This document shows, in pieces, positions 1 through 7,204 of a stretch of 52,362 nt of DNA. The translations under genes were made by a program, and so were the position numbers. Source of the stretch: a bacterium (GTDB lineage: Bacteria; UBP18; UBA7526); contig JAUWXM010000001.1 of NCBI GenBank assembly GCA_030616365.1, forward strand, positions 1 through 52,362. Direction: 5' to 3'. Each line of letters starts with the position of its first letter. The stretch's first letter is position 1. A model generated the notes under the pieces. It saw only the letters and a program-made list of their open reading frames with translations. It was not told where the DNA came from and ran no database searches.

Positions 1-129
1 AAAATAAGCCAAGCAAGTTGTCTCTTTTACTCGCTTCGCTCATAAAATAAGCCAAGCAAGTTGTCTCTTTTACTCGCTTCGCTCATAAAATAAGCCAAGC
101 AAGTTGTCTCTTTTACTCGCTTCGCTCAT
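1..129. repeat. 43-bp direct tandem repeat, 3 identical units (aaaataagccaagcaagttgtctcttttactcgcttcgctcat); array may continue upstream of the window
   Basis: Units 1-43, 44-86 and 87-129 read identically. There are no spacers. Each unit junction carries TTGTCT-N17-CATAAA (or N19-TAAAAT), a sigma70-like -35/-10 pair. Confidence 0.9.
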
Positions 130-205
130 AAAATAAAGGCAGCAGGTAAAAATTGTTACTTGTTCATTGTTACTTGTAAATTGAAAAGGAAGGGAGGTGA
201 GAAGA

Positions 206-721
206 ATGAAGAGAGGGAAAGGGGATTCACCCCGCACCTTTAAGAAAAGTGCAGGACGAATACAGAAAGGTGCGGGGTTCACCCTGATTGAGTTGATGGT
301 GGTGATAGTCATCATCGGGATCTTATCTGCTGTTGCCCTACCGAGGTTCATGACCCAGCAGAGGAAGGCCAAGGAGGGTGCCGGCTGGGCAGACCTGGAT
401 GGTATGACCACGGCCATGGAGATGTACTACCTGGACTGCGACACCTATCCTACAGGTGGTTCAAAGGACGATGGATCTATTGCTCTGCTGAAGTTAAAGA
501 CTGATACGTCAACCAGCAACTGGGCTGGACCTTACATGAAGTTCAGAAGGGTTGGAGATGGTTCAGGAGGAAGTGGCGATAAGCCTATCGATCCCTGGCT
601 GAGAACCTATGGATGTGAAAGTTCCGCTACCGAATACACCATTTGGTGCCAGGGGCGGGCGGCTGCGTCTTACGTAACCGAGTATATTCCTTACTCAGGT
701 CTCGACTTCAAGAGCCCCTAA
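206..721 (+). CDS. Major pseudopilin / type IV pilin-like protein (GspG/PulG-like)
   Basis: Prepilin signal ...KGAG|FTLIELMVVIVIIGILSAVALPRF. The C-terminal GPY...DPW pattern is typical of GspG. SD gggagg lies 8 nt before ATG 206; the ORF track opens at GTG 197. Confidence 0.85.
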   Translation: MKRGKGDSPRTFKKSAGRIQKGAGFTLIELMVVIVIIGILSAVALPRFMTQQRKAKEGAGWADLDGMTTAMEMYYLDCDTYPTGGSKDDGSIALLKLKTDTSTSNWAGPYMKFRRVGDGSGGSGDKPIDPWLRTYGCESSATEYTIWCQGRAAASYVTEYIPYSGLDFKSP

Positions 722-831
722 AAGTGCCTGCCCCGTAGGCTTGTCCTTCGGGGGAGCGATTCACTTGAGATAAAACCCCGCCCCCAACTGGGAACGGGGT
801 GCAATTATATCTTTATAACAACTCTTACTTG

Positions 832-1314
832 ATGAATAAAAAGCAAGGCTTTTCGATAATAGAGTTATTGGCTGTAATATTTATTATTGCTCTTATGGCC
901 CTGGCGGGCTTTGCCATTTTCAAGGGGTTCCGGGAGACGACGAGCGTCAAGGTAGCCGCCCGGGATGTGGTGAATATCATGCGCCTCGCCCGAAGAAAAG
1001 CGATCACTGAGAGAGTAGAGTATTACGCCTTATATGATAAGGTAAATAATAAGGTATGGGTTCAACCCAAGTCATCTTATCCGCCAAAGAATCCGGATTT
1101 TGGCACAGAGCAGATATTGCCTGAGAAGGCAGTCATAGACCGTGTGACGAGCGGAGGGGGTAGCAACCCCTATCACCACACCTTTACTCCCAAGAGTACC
1201 CTGGCCCATGGTAGCGGAGGGGTATACTTAAGGGATGAGGGGGAAAAGATAAAATACCGGGTGACGGTCATAAATACTACTGCCCGGGCGAGAATCTATG
1301 ACAGCTGGCCATAA
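832..1314 (+). CDS. Minor pseudopilin, GspH/FimT-like (set A)
   Basis: MNKKQG|FSIIELLAVIFIIALMALAGF N-methylation motif. Paralogous to 3514..4275 (ARDVVNIMRLARRKA.. / ..YRVTVINTTARARIYDSW). The ORF track opens at GTG 799. Confidence 0.75.
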   Translation: MNKKQGFSIIELLAVIFIIALMALAGFAIFKGFRETTSVKVAARDVVNIMRLARRKAITERVEYYALYDKVNNKVWVQPKSSYPPKNPDFGTEQILPEKAVIDRVTSGGGSNPYHHTFTPKSTLAHGSGGVYLRDEGEKIKYRVTVINTTARARIYDSWP

Positions 1315-1317
1315 TGA

Positions 1318-1448
1318 GTAATGAAACGGAGAAAGTGGGTAGGTGAAACAGTGAAACGGAGAAGGGGAGAAACGGAGAGGGGGAGAAACGGAGAAAAAAA
1401 GAAGCTCACCGATTCACCGATTCCCCGATTCCCCGATTCCCCGATTCG
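1318..1448 (+). repeat. Dispersed repeat copy A: gaaacggaga words plus the octanucleotide c[a/c]ccgatt x5 (1407-1446)
   Basis: Aligns by eye with 3509-3610. It lies inside the 5' end of ORF 1321..1875 and is translated as ...GETERGRNGEKKKLTDSPIPRFPDSPIR. Confidence 0.8.
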
Positions 1449-1875
1449 TTTTCAGACGGGCTTCAGTCTCTTAGAGGTCATGGTTGCTGTAGTTGTCCTG
1501 GGCTTCGGCCTCCTGGCTATCATGCACCTCTTCCCCATTGGCTTAAGGGCAAGCAAGATATCCCAGGATACTACTACGGCTTCCTTCTTAGCCCAGCAGA
1601 AGATAGAGGGATTGAAGAATGTGACCTTTACTGGGGGAGGATTTGCTGATGGGGTAACCACAGAGGGTTACGATCCACCCATTCAGATTACGGTTGATAA
1701 AGTGACCTATTCCTATCCAGGATTCAAAAGGGTAACCACCATCCAAACCAAAGAAGCTGATGAACCGATACTCAAGAGGATTACGACAGAGGTCTTCTAT
1801 AAACCCTATGGTGGGGAGCGGAGCGTAAAACTGGTTACCTTGAGAACAAACTATAAAAAGACAATGAAAAAATGA
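1321..1875 (+). CDS. Minor pseudopilin, GspI/PilV-like (set A), with an unusually long basic leader; start uncertain
   Basis: ...FQTG|FSLLEVMVAVVVLGFGLLAI prepilin motif. Paralogous to 4376..4765. The only canonical in-frame starts (ATG 1321, GTGs up to about 1351) give a leader of 37 aa or more. Confidence 0.7.
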   Translation: MKRRKWVGETVKRRRGETERGRNGEKKKLTDSPIPRFPDSPIRFQTGFSLLEVMVAVVVLGFGLLAIMHLFPIGLRASKISQDTTTASFLAQQKIEGLKNVTFTGGGFADGVTTEGYDPPIQITVDKVTYSYPGFKRVTTIQTKEADEPILKRITTEVFYKPYGGERSVKLVTLRTNYKKTMKK

Positions 1876-2492
1876 AGGCCAGAGGAGTTACCTTAGTTGA
1901 ACTTTTGGTCGCGGTTACCCTACTCTCCTTAATAATGGTCGCTTTCTATACTGTCTTTAAGATGGGAACCAGGGCCTACCGGACCGGAGAGGAGAGAGTA
2001 GAACTAATTCAGAACGCGCGTATTGCCCTGGATATGATGGCCTCCCAGATACGTCAGGCCCTCCCTGAAGACGATGGCGCCGTTCCGCGCATTGAGTTTG
2101 AGATTGAGGGAGGAACGGGCAGGGAAGGCCCCCAGATCAGGTTCTCGTCCCCCATAGATAACACTTCTGGGGCAGAGGAGATTACCTTTTATCTCAACGA
2201 CTCCAATCACACCCTATATAAGAAAGTGAATAACCCTTGGGCAAAGGGGAGTGATCCTGGGTACAGCTTTCAGCAGATAACGGCTGACCTCCCTATCACA
2301 GAGACAGAGGGGGTTGTTAGCTATCTATGGTTTAATGAGAAGGAACCGGTAGGGGTGGCTCACTCCGGGATGATAAGGATTACCCTGACAGTCAAAGCCG
2401 ACCCCACAGATGATAGTGACCCCGGGACTACCCTGCACGCCATTGTCAAGAGTGCCTTCTGCTATGGAGTGGGTCTGAGCGGCGAGTTCTGA
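1872..2492 (+). CDS. Minor pseudopilin, GspJ/PilW-like (set A)
   Basis: MKARG|VTLVELLVAVTLLSLIMVAF motif. ATGA overlap with the upstream gene. Paralogous to 4778..5491. Confidence 0.75.
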   Translation: MKARGVTLVELLVAVTLLSLIMVAFYTVFKMGTRAYRTGEERVELIQNARIALDMMASQIRQALPEDDGAVPRIEFEIEGGTGREGPQIRFSSPIDNTSGAEEITFYLNDSNHTLYKKVNNPWAKGSDPGYSFQQITADLPITETEGVVSYLWFNEKEPVGVAHSGMIRITLTVKADPTDDSDPGTTLHAIVKSAFCYGVGLSGEF

Positions 2493-3448
2493 TGAAGGAA
2501 GAAAAGGGAGTGGCGGTAATCATGGCCATGTGGCTCTTAGCTGTCCTGGCCATCATCGGCACTACCTTCATCTTCATGATGCGCTTAGAACCCATCATCG
2601 CCCGCACCCATCGGGATGATATGAAAGCCCTCTACGTTGCCCAGGCGGGAATAGACCATGCGGTCTATATCCTGAAGCAGGACGTTGGGGGAGATATCGA
2701 CCATCTGGGCGACCCCTGGGCAGGTGGATTTACCGATCAGCTGCTTCTGGATGAGGCGGGGTATAGCGTAGGATATTATACGGTAGAGGTCCAGGATGAA
2801 TCGGGCAAGACAAACCTCAATACCGCCCCCAAGCCCCATCTTATGGGATTGAATCTTATGACTGAGGTACGGGCAGATGCCATCATCACTTATCGGAGTG
2901 GAGACCATGGACTCCTTGAGACCGTCGATGAGTTCTTATGTGTTCCAGAAATCACCCAGACAGTCTTTGATAGGAACCGGGAGATAATCACTGTCTATAC
3001 TGATGGATTGGTAAATCTCAATACCGCTTCCTATTCGGTACTCATGGGGATAAAGGATGGAGCAGCGAGCAGCCTGGATGCTACTGATGTAACCTCCATT
3101 ATCACCTATCGTGAAGGGGCATACAGCCCCTATGATACCCTAACCCCTCCTCCTGCCGAGCCCACGGAGAAGGCCACCGAGGTGAATAATGCCAGCGAGA
3201 TTGATAATACCGAGACAGAGTATCTCACGGGAGAGGATGCCGATGGTGGAGGAGTGGCCGCGGGCGCCGAAAAGAGGGTGGATGTCAAATCGAATGGTCT
3301 CTTTACTATAATATCGCTGGGAGAGATAAAGGACGCTTCCGGGAATACCATCGCCCAGAAGAAGATAAGGGTGGTGGTCAATCGGGAGAAGGTAACGCCG
3401 TCTGTGGAAAGCAGGGTTGAGTACTACCGAGAGGTCCCAGAGGACTAA
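2492..3448 (+). CDS. GspK/PilX-like minor pseudopilin (set A)
   Basis: N-terminal hydrophobic helix GVAVIMAMWLLAVLAIIGTTF without a G|F site. YVAQAGIDHAV motif and NLNTA helix-hairpin-helix motifs typical of GspK. TGATG overlap with the upstream gene. Confidence 0.7.
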   Translation: MKEEKGVAVIMAMWLLAVLAIIGTTFIFMMRLEPIIARTHRDDMKALYVAQAGIDHAVYILKQDVGGDIDHLGDPWAGGFTDQLLLDEAGYSVGYYTVEVQDESGKTNLNTAPKPHLMGLNLMTEVRADAIITYRSGDHGLLETVDEFLCVPEITQTVFDRNREIITVYTDGLVNLNTASYSVLMGIKDGAASSLDATDVTSIITYREGAYSPYDTLTPPPAEPTEKATEVNNASEIDNTETEYLTGEDADGGGVAAGAEKRVDVKSNGLFTIISLGEIKDASGNTIAQKKIRVVVNREKVTPSVESRVEYYREVPED

Positions 3449-3508
3449 CGCCAACTGGGAAGCTGAGCAGGATCAAGTACTACAAGGAAGAACCAGAGGA
3501 CTGATGAG

Positions 3509-3610
3509 GTGAAATGGAGAAAGTGAACAGGCGGGCAGGTGAAACAATGAGACGGAGAAAGGGAGAGACGGAGAAAGGGAGAAAGCTCACCGATTCCCCG
3601 ATTCCCCGAC
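3509..3610 (+). repeat. Dispersed repeat copy B (same family as 1318-1448; octanucleotide present in about 3 units)
   Basis: aggtgaaacaatgagacggagaaagggagagacggagaaagggagaaagctcaccgattccccgattccccgac aligns with copy A. Confidence 0.8.
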
Positions 3611-4275
3611 TTGCCCCGTTGGAAGCCGAAGGCTTTCCTTCGGGGTTCCCCGATTCAAAGAAAAAGGGTTTTAGTCTCCTGGAACTTATGATGGTAATCA
3701 CCATTATGGGCATTCTAATTACTTCTTCCCTCTTATTTGGGAATAATTTTTTGAATAGTACTGCGGCGAAGAATGCTACCCGGGATATCGCTTCTGTTAT
3801 GCGCATGGCGCACAGCAAGGCCATGACCCTGAGAACTAATTATTATGTGGTCTATGATGCCACTAATAAAATAGTCTGGGTTCAGGATCTCAGAGGTCCC
3901 GATGGCAAGCCGGGCGTAAAGAATGTTGATGATGATAATAATGGTGTTGTCGATGAGACCGGGGAACTGGGCTGGGCCGGTTCTGACGACTTCAATATCA
4001 ATGATCCCAATACCTGGAACCCGCTCTTTGGTAGTGAAAGAAAACTTTCCAGAAGGGTGGAGATAGATAGCGTAAACGTCGAACCTGAAGATTATGGGGG
4101 CAAAAGTGATTACCAGACAGTGACGGGAGGCTCGGGCATCGGCTATCTTCCTTTCCGTTGGAATGGGACCTCCGTCTCTGGTTCGGTCAGACTGCAGGAT
4201 AGCAGAGGCAATAATCAATATTCGGTAACGGTTATGTACACTACCAGCCGGATCAGGTTATACAGTTTTTGGTGA
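3514..4275 (+). CDS. Minor pseudopilin, GspH/FimT-like (set B), long leader; start uncertain
   Basis: ...DSKKKG|FSLLELMMVITIMGILI motif. C-terminal YSVTVMYTTSRIRLYSFW matches set A GspH. An alternative in-frame TTG at 3619 would give a 17-aa leader. Confidence 0.7.
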   Translation: MEKVNRRAGETMRRRKGETEKGRKLTDSPIPRLAPLEAEGFPSGFPDSKKKGFSLLELMMVITIMGILITSSLLFGNNFLNSTAAKNATRDIASVMRMAHSKAMTLRTNYYVVYDATNKIVWVQDLRGPDGKPGVKNVDDDNNGVVDETGELGWAGSDDFNINDPNTWNPLFGSERKLSRRVEIDSVNVEPEDYGGKSDYQTVTGGSGIGYLPFRWNGTSVSGSVRLQDSRGNNQYSVTVMYTTSRIRLYSFW

Positions 4276-4375
4276 GATTGAATGATAGGTAATGGGTTTG
4301 CCTGTTCTCCGGTTTGCCTGTTCTCCGGTTTTGAACTGGTTAACTGGATAACGAAATCACCTATCGGAGGATAGC

Positions 4376-4765
4376 GTGTTAAGGAGTAGCAAAGGGTTTA
4401 CCATTCTGGAGGTCATGATTGCTCTGGTTCTCTTGGCGTTTGGTATACTGGCTCTCCTGCGGGTGATGCCCGTATCCCTCCAAGCGAGCAAGAGGGCAGA
4501 GGAGACCACCATTGCCACCCTATTGGCCCAGCAGCAGTTAGAGAAGTGGCGGGCGTGTGATAAAGATCCCGATGCTGGAGCAACATCCTTGGGAAGCAAT
4601 GGTTCTTTCCCTGCTCCCTATGATAAGTATGAATGGTCAATAGTCACCACCAACATTGTTACCGATGTCTGGGTCTCCTCTGTAAACGTCTGGTGGCCGG
4701 TGGGGAAACCCCGAGAAGAACAGAGGGTGGTCAACCTGACGACCTATATGTTTGTTTTCCCCTAA
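4376..4765 (+). CDS. Minor pseudopilin, GspI/PilV-like (set B)
   Basis: MLRSSKG|FTILEVMIALVLLAFGILAL, then LQASKRAEETTIATLLAQQQLE parallel to the set A protein. GTG start 5 nt after ggagga. Confidence 0.75.
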   Translation: MLRSSKGFTILEVMIALVLLAFGILALLRVMPVSLQASKRAEETTIATLLAQQQLEKWRACDKDPDAGATSLGSNGSFPAPYDKYEWSIVTTNIVTDVWVSSVNVWWPVGKPREEQRVVNLTTYMFVFP

Positions 4766-4777
4766 GGAGTTTTTTTG

Positions 4778-5491
4778 ATGTCTAAAAACCGTTTGAAGCG
4801 TTTCCTATCTCCAACGGGGTTTACCCTAATGGAACTCTTAGTAGCCATGGTTATTACGGTTCTCTTAGTAGCAGCGCTCTTTAATGTCTTTGACTTAGCG
4901 GGCCGTGCCTGGCAGAAAGGAGAGGCCCGTACCCAGAGATACCAGAACCTCCGGCAGGCCCTGGACAGGATGAGCGATGATATTCGTAGTGCTATCCTGC
5001 TCAGCATTGGCAATAATCCGGGTAAGGAAGATGGTATTAAATTCTATGGCGAGAATGATTTTAATTCTGAGGGGGATAGATTGAGCTTCATCCCCGTCTC
5101 CCATCCTCCGGATGGCTGGGATTATGGAAGCGACTATGGTGTTTCTCCTCCTGAACTATGTTTTGACTGCTGTGAGATAGGCTACAATGTCACGGGAACT
5201 ACACTCTATAGGAGGAAGCAGGAGAAGAGTGTCCCGGATGGCGAAGTCACCAACGGCGGAAGATCTGATCCACTGGCGGAACATATTACGAGATTAGATT
5301 TTACCTACTATGAGGCGGACGGCACCGAACATAACACCTGGGATTCCAGTCCTGCTGGAGCTTCCTATTGTCAAGACAAACTGCCCACCAGAGTCAGGAT
5401 TGAACTTACGGCTCAGGCAGACCTGGCCCGGGAGCAGAAGGAAGAGACTTTCACCACCGAGGTCTGGCTGGGCCAGGCTAATTTCCAGTAG
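4778..5491 (+). CDS. Minor pseudopilin, GspJ/PilW-like (set B)
   Basis: ...SPTG|FTLMELLVAMVITVLLVAALF, then RQALDRMSDDIRSA parallel to the set A GspJ-like protein. The ORF track opens at TTG 4775. Confidence 0.75.
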   Translation: MSKNRLKRFLSPTGFTLMELLVAMVITVLLVAALFNVFDLAGRAWQKGEARTQRYQNLRQALDRMSDDIRSAILLSIGNNPGKEDGIKFYGENDFNSEGDRLSFIPVSHPPDGWDYGSDYGVSPPELCFDCCEIGYNVTGTTLYRRKQEKSVPDGEVTNGGRSDPLAEHITRLDFTYYEADGTEHNTWDSSPAGASYCQDKLPTRVRIELTAQADLAREQKEETFTTEVWLGQANFQ

Positions 5492-5506
5492 ATTAAGGAG
5501 GTTAAG

Positions 5507-7006
5507 ATGAAGATGCTAAAGAGAGAGAAGAAGAAAGGGATAGCCCTTATTATGGCCCTCTGGATAATGGTCGCTCTTCTGGTCATCTGCTCTTCTTTTG
5601 TCTATATGATGCGCATAGAGTTGCGCATCGCCAAGGACTACACCCATGGGGTCCAGGCCCATTACTTAGCCAGGGCCGGGATAGCCCGCGCCCTGGGGGA
5701 ACTCAATGCAGATAATGTTGATGCCCCACCCAATTATATAAAAACGGATAGTCTGCATGAGAACTGGTTCACTACTTTTAGTGAAAACTTTGGATATACT
5801 ACTGCAGACTATGATGAAATGGTCTGGGACGAGACGTGGTTTCCTCTGGGGGAGGGGGGTTATCAGGTCCGTCTACTAGACGAGTCCGGGATGCACAATA
5901 TTAATGCTATGGAGGGAGGGATACTCCATCCCACTAGTACGGTTGGTATGGATGACCTATTTGGAGAGACAGTAGCAGGCGAGCATAAGGCGTGTAGGAT
6001 TCGTGATTACCGGGATGACGACATCATTGCCATGAGTAATACTGGTAGTGGAACTGGCTGGGATAGTCCTGACTGCAAAAATAAACCCTATGATACCATA
6101 AGAGAGATTCAGAAGGTAAAGGATATCAATGTCGATATGAGTGGAGATGGTATCGATGATAATCCTCTGGCCCTGTATACCAATGAACTGACCGTTCATT
6201 CCCAGGATTATGATACTGACCTAGACGGCGCGGCAAGGCTAAATCTCAATCTCGCCACCCAAGCCGAGATTGCGTTTGTCCTAAATAACCCCGGCGAAGA
6301 CGCCGACCCCACCGAGGCAGCACTCTCTATATGGAATGGGATTCCCTGGTCAACTGTGGGATGTATCGATGTAGAGCTAACCGGGACTACTGATGAGAGA
6401 TCAATAACAATGAAAAAGGTTGCCGATAAGTTCACCGTAGCCCCTCCTGTCGCCGGTGCGATATATTATAAACCGGACACTCTCCCCAATGTTATTTTAG
6501 GGCCCATCAATATTAATACTGCCCCTAAGAAGTCACTTTGCTCTCTAATCTATATTGGCCCGACATGTGCAAAATATATCATTGAGACACGGCATTATTA
6601 TGGGGGCAGAGAACCCTCCGCCGCAAGGAAAGAAGATGCTGTAGGGAGTCCCACCTTTACCTATGGCGTTGCCAACAGCGGAGAGTATGGAAGAGGGGAG
6701 CTTGTATTAACTTATTGGATTGGTTCCCTCACCTTTGACCACATGTCTGACCAGGTTACGGTAAGGTCCGACCGCTTCAGAATCGTCTCCACAGGAAGAG
6801 TGGGCACTGATGGGAATGGCGATGGCAAGATTGACCCCGGTACTGCAGCGGATACCGTTTTAGCCCAGAGAAAGATTGAGGTCGTGGTGGACCGCCACTA
6901 CCATGATCAAAATCCAACGGCTAGCGGAATTGATACTGGGGTTTTCCATACCATGGGCCCCTTTGAAATCCTCTACTGGTCGGAGACCGTGCCGGAGTTG
7001 TTTTGA
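5507..7006 (+). CDS. GspK/PilX-like minor pseudopilin (set B, enlarged, 499 aa)
   Basis: GIALIMALWIMVALLVICSSFVYMMRIELRIA...YLARAGIARA parallels the set A GspK-like N-terminus. LNLNLATQ and ININTAPKKSL HhH-type motifs. Confidence 0.7.
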   Translation: MKMLKREKKKGIALIMALWIMVALLVICSSFVYMMRIELRIAKDYTHGVQAHYLARAGIARALGELNADNVDAPPNYIKTDSLHENWFTTFSENFGYTTADYDEMVWDETWFPLGEGGYQVRLLDESGMHNINAMEGGILHPTSTVGMDDLFGETVAGEHKACRIRDYRDDDIIAMSNTGSGTGWDSPDCKNKPYDTIREIQKVKDINVDMSGDGIDDNPLALYTNELTVHSQDYDTDLDGAARLNLNLATQAEIAFVLNNPGEDADPTEAALSIWNGIPWSTVGCIDVELTGTTDERSITMKKVADKFTVAPPVAGAIYYKPDTLPNVILGPININTAPKKSLCSLIYIGPTCAKYIIETRHYYGGREPSAARKEDAVGSPTFTYGVANSGEYGRGELVLTYWIGSLTFDHMSDQVTVRSDRFRIVSTGRVGTDGNGDGKIDPGTAADTVLAQRKIEVVVDRHYHDQNPTASGIDTGVFHTMGPFEILYWSETVPELF

Positions 7007-7096
7007 GATTTCTCTATTCCAACCATTGCTTAAGCCGCGAATGGCAACCGCCAAGACTCCTGTCCGCCGCACATAGTGTGCTATGGAAGGCGGGCT

Positions 7097-7149
7097 AAAT
7101 TTTCCGCCAAAGGCGGATCAGCCTCGGGCTGAAACTGGAAGACGCAAAA
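7097..7149 (-). repeat. Inverted copy of the 52-nt element found at 36673-36724
   Basis: The reverse complement of 36673-36724 matches at 49 of 52 positions by eye. It contains the hairpin ccgccaaaggcgg. Confidence 0.85.
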
Positions 7150-7204
7150 ATAGGAGAAACAACGCGAATAAGAATTTGAATAGTCTATTAAAAAGGAAAA
7201 AGAT

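Noticed and set aside
1-129. Possible CRISPR array at the window start
   Set aside because: The three 43-bp units are directly abutting with no spacers, and no cas genes are nearby. The Cas4-like genes are far away and lack cas1/cas2. This is a plain tandem repeat.
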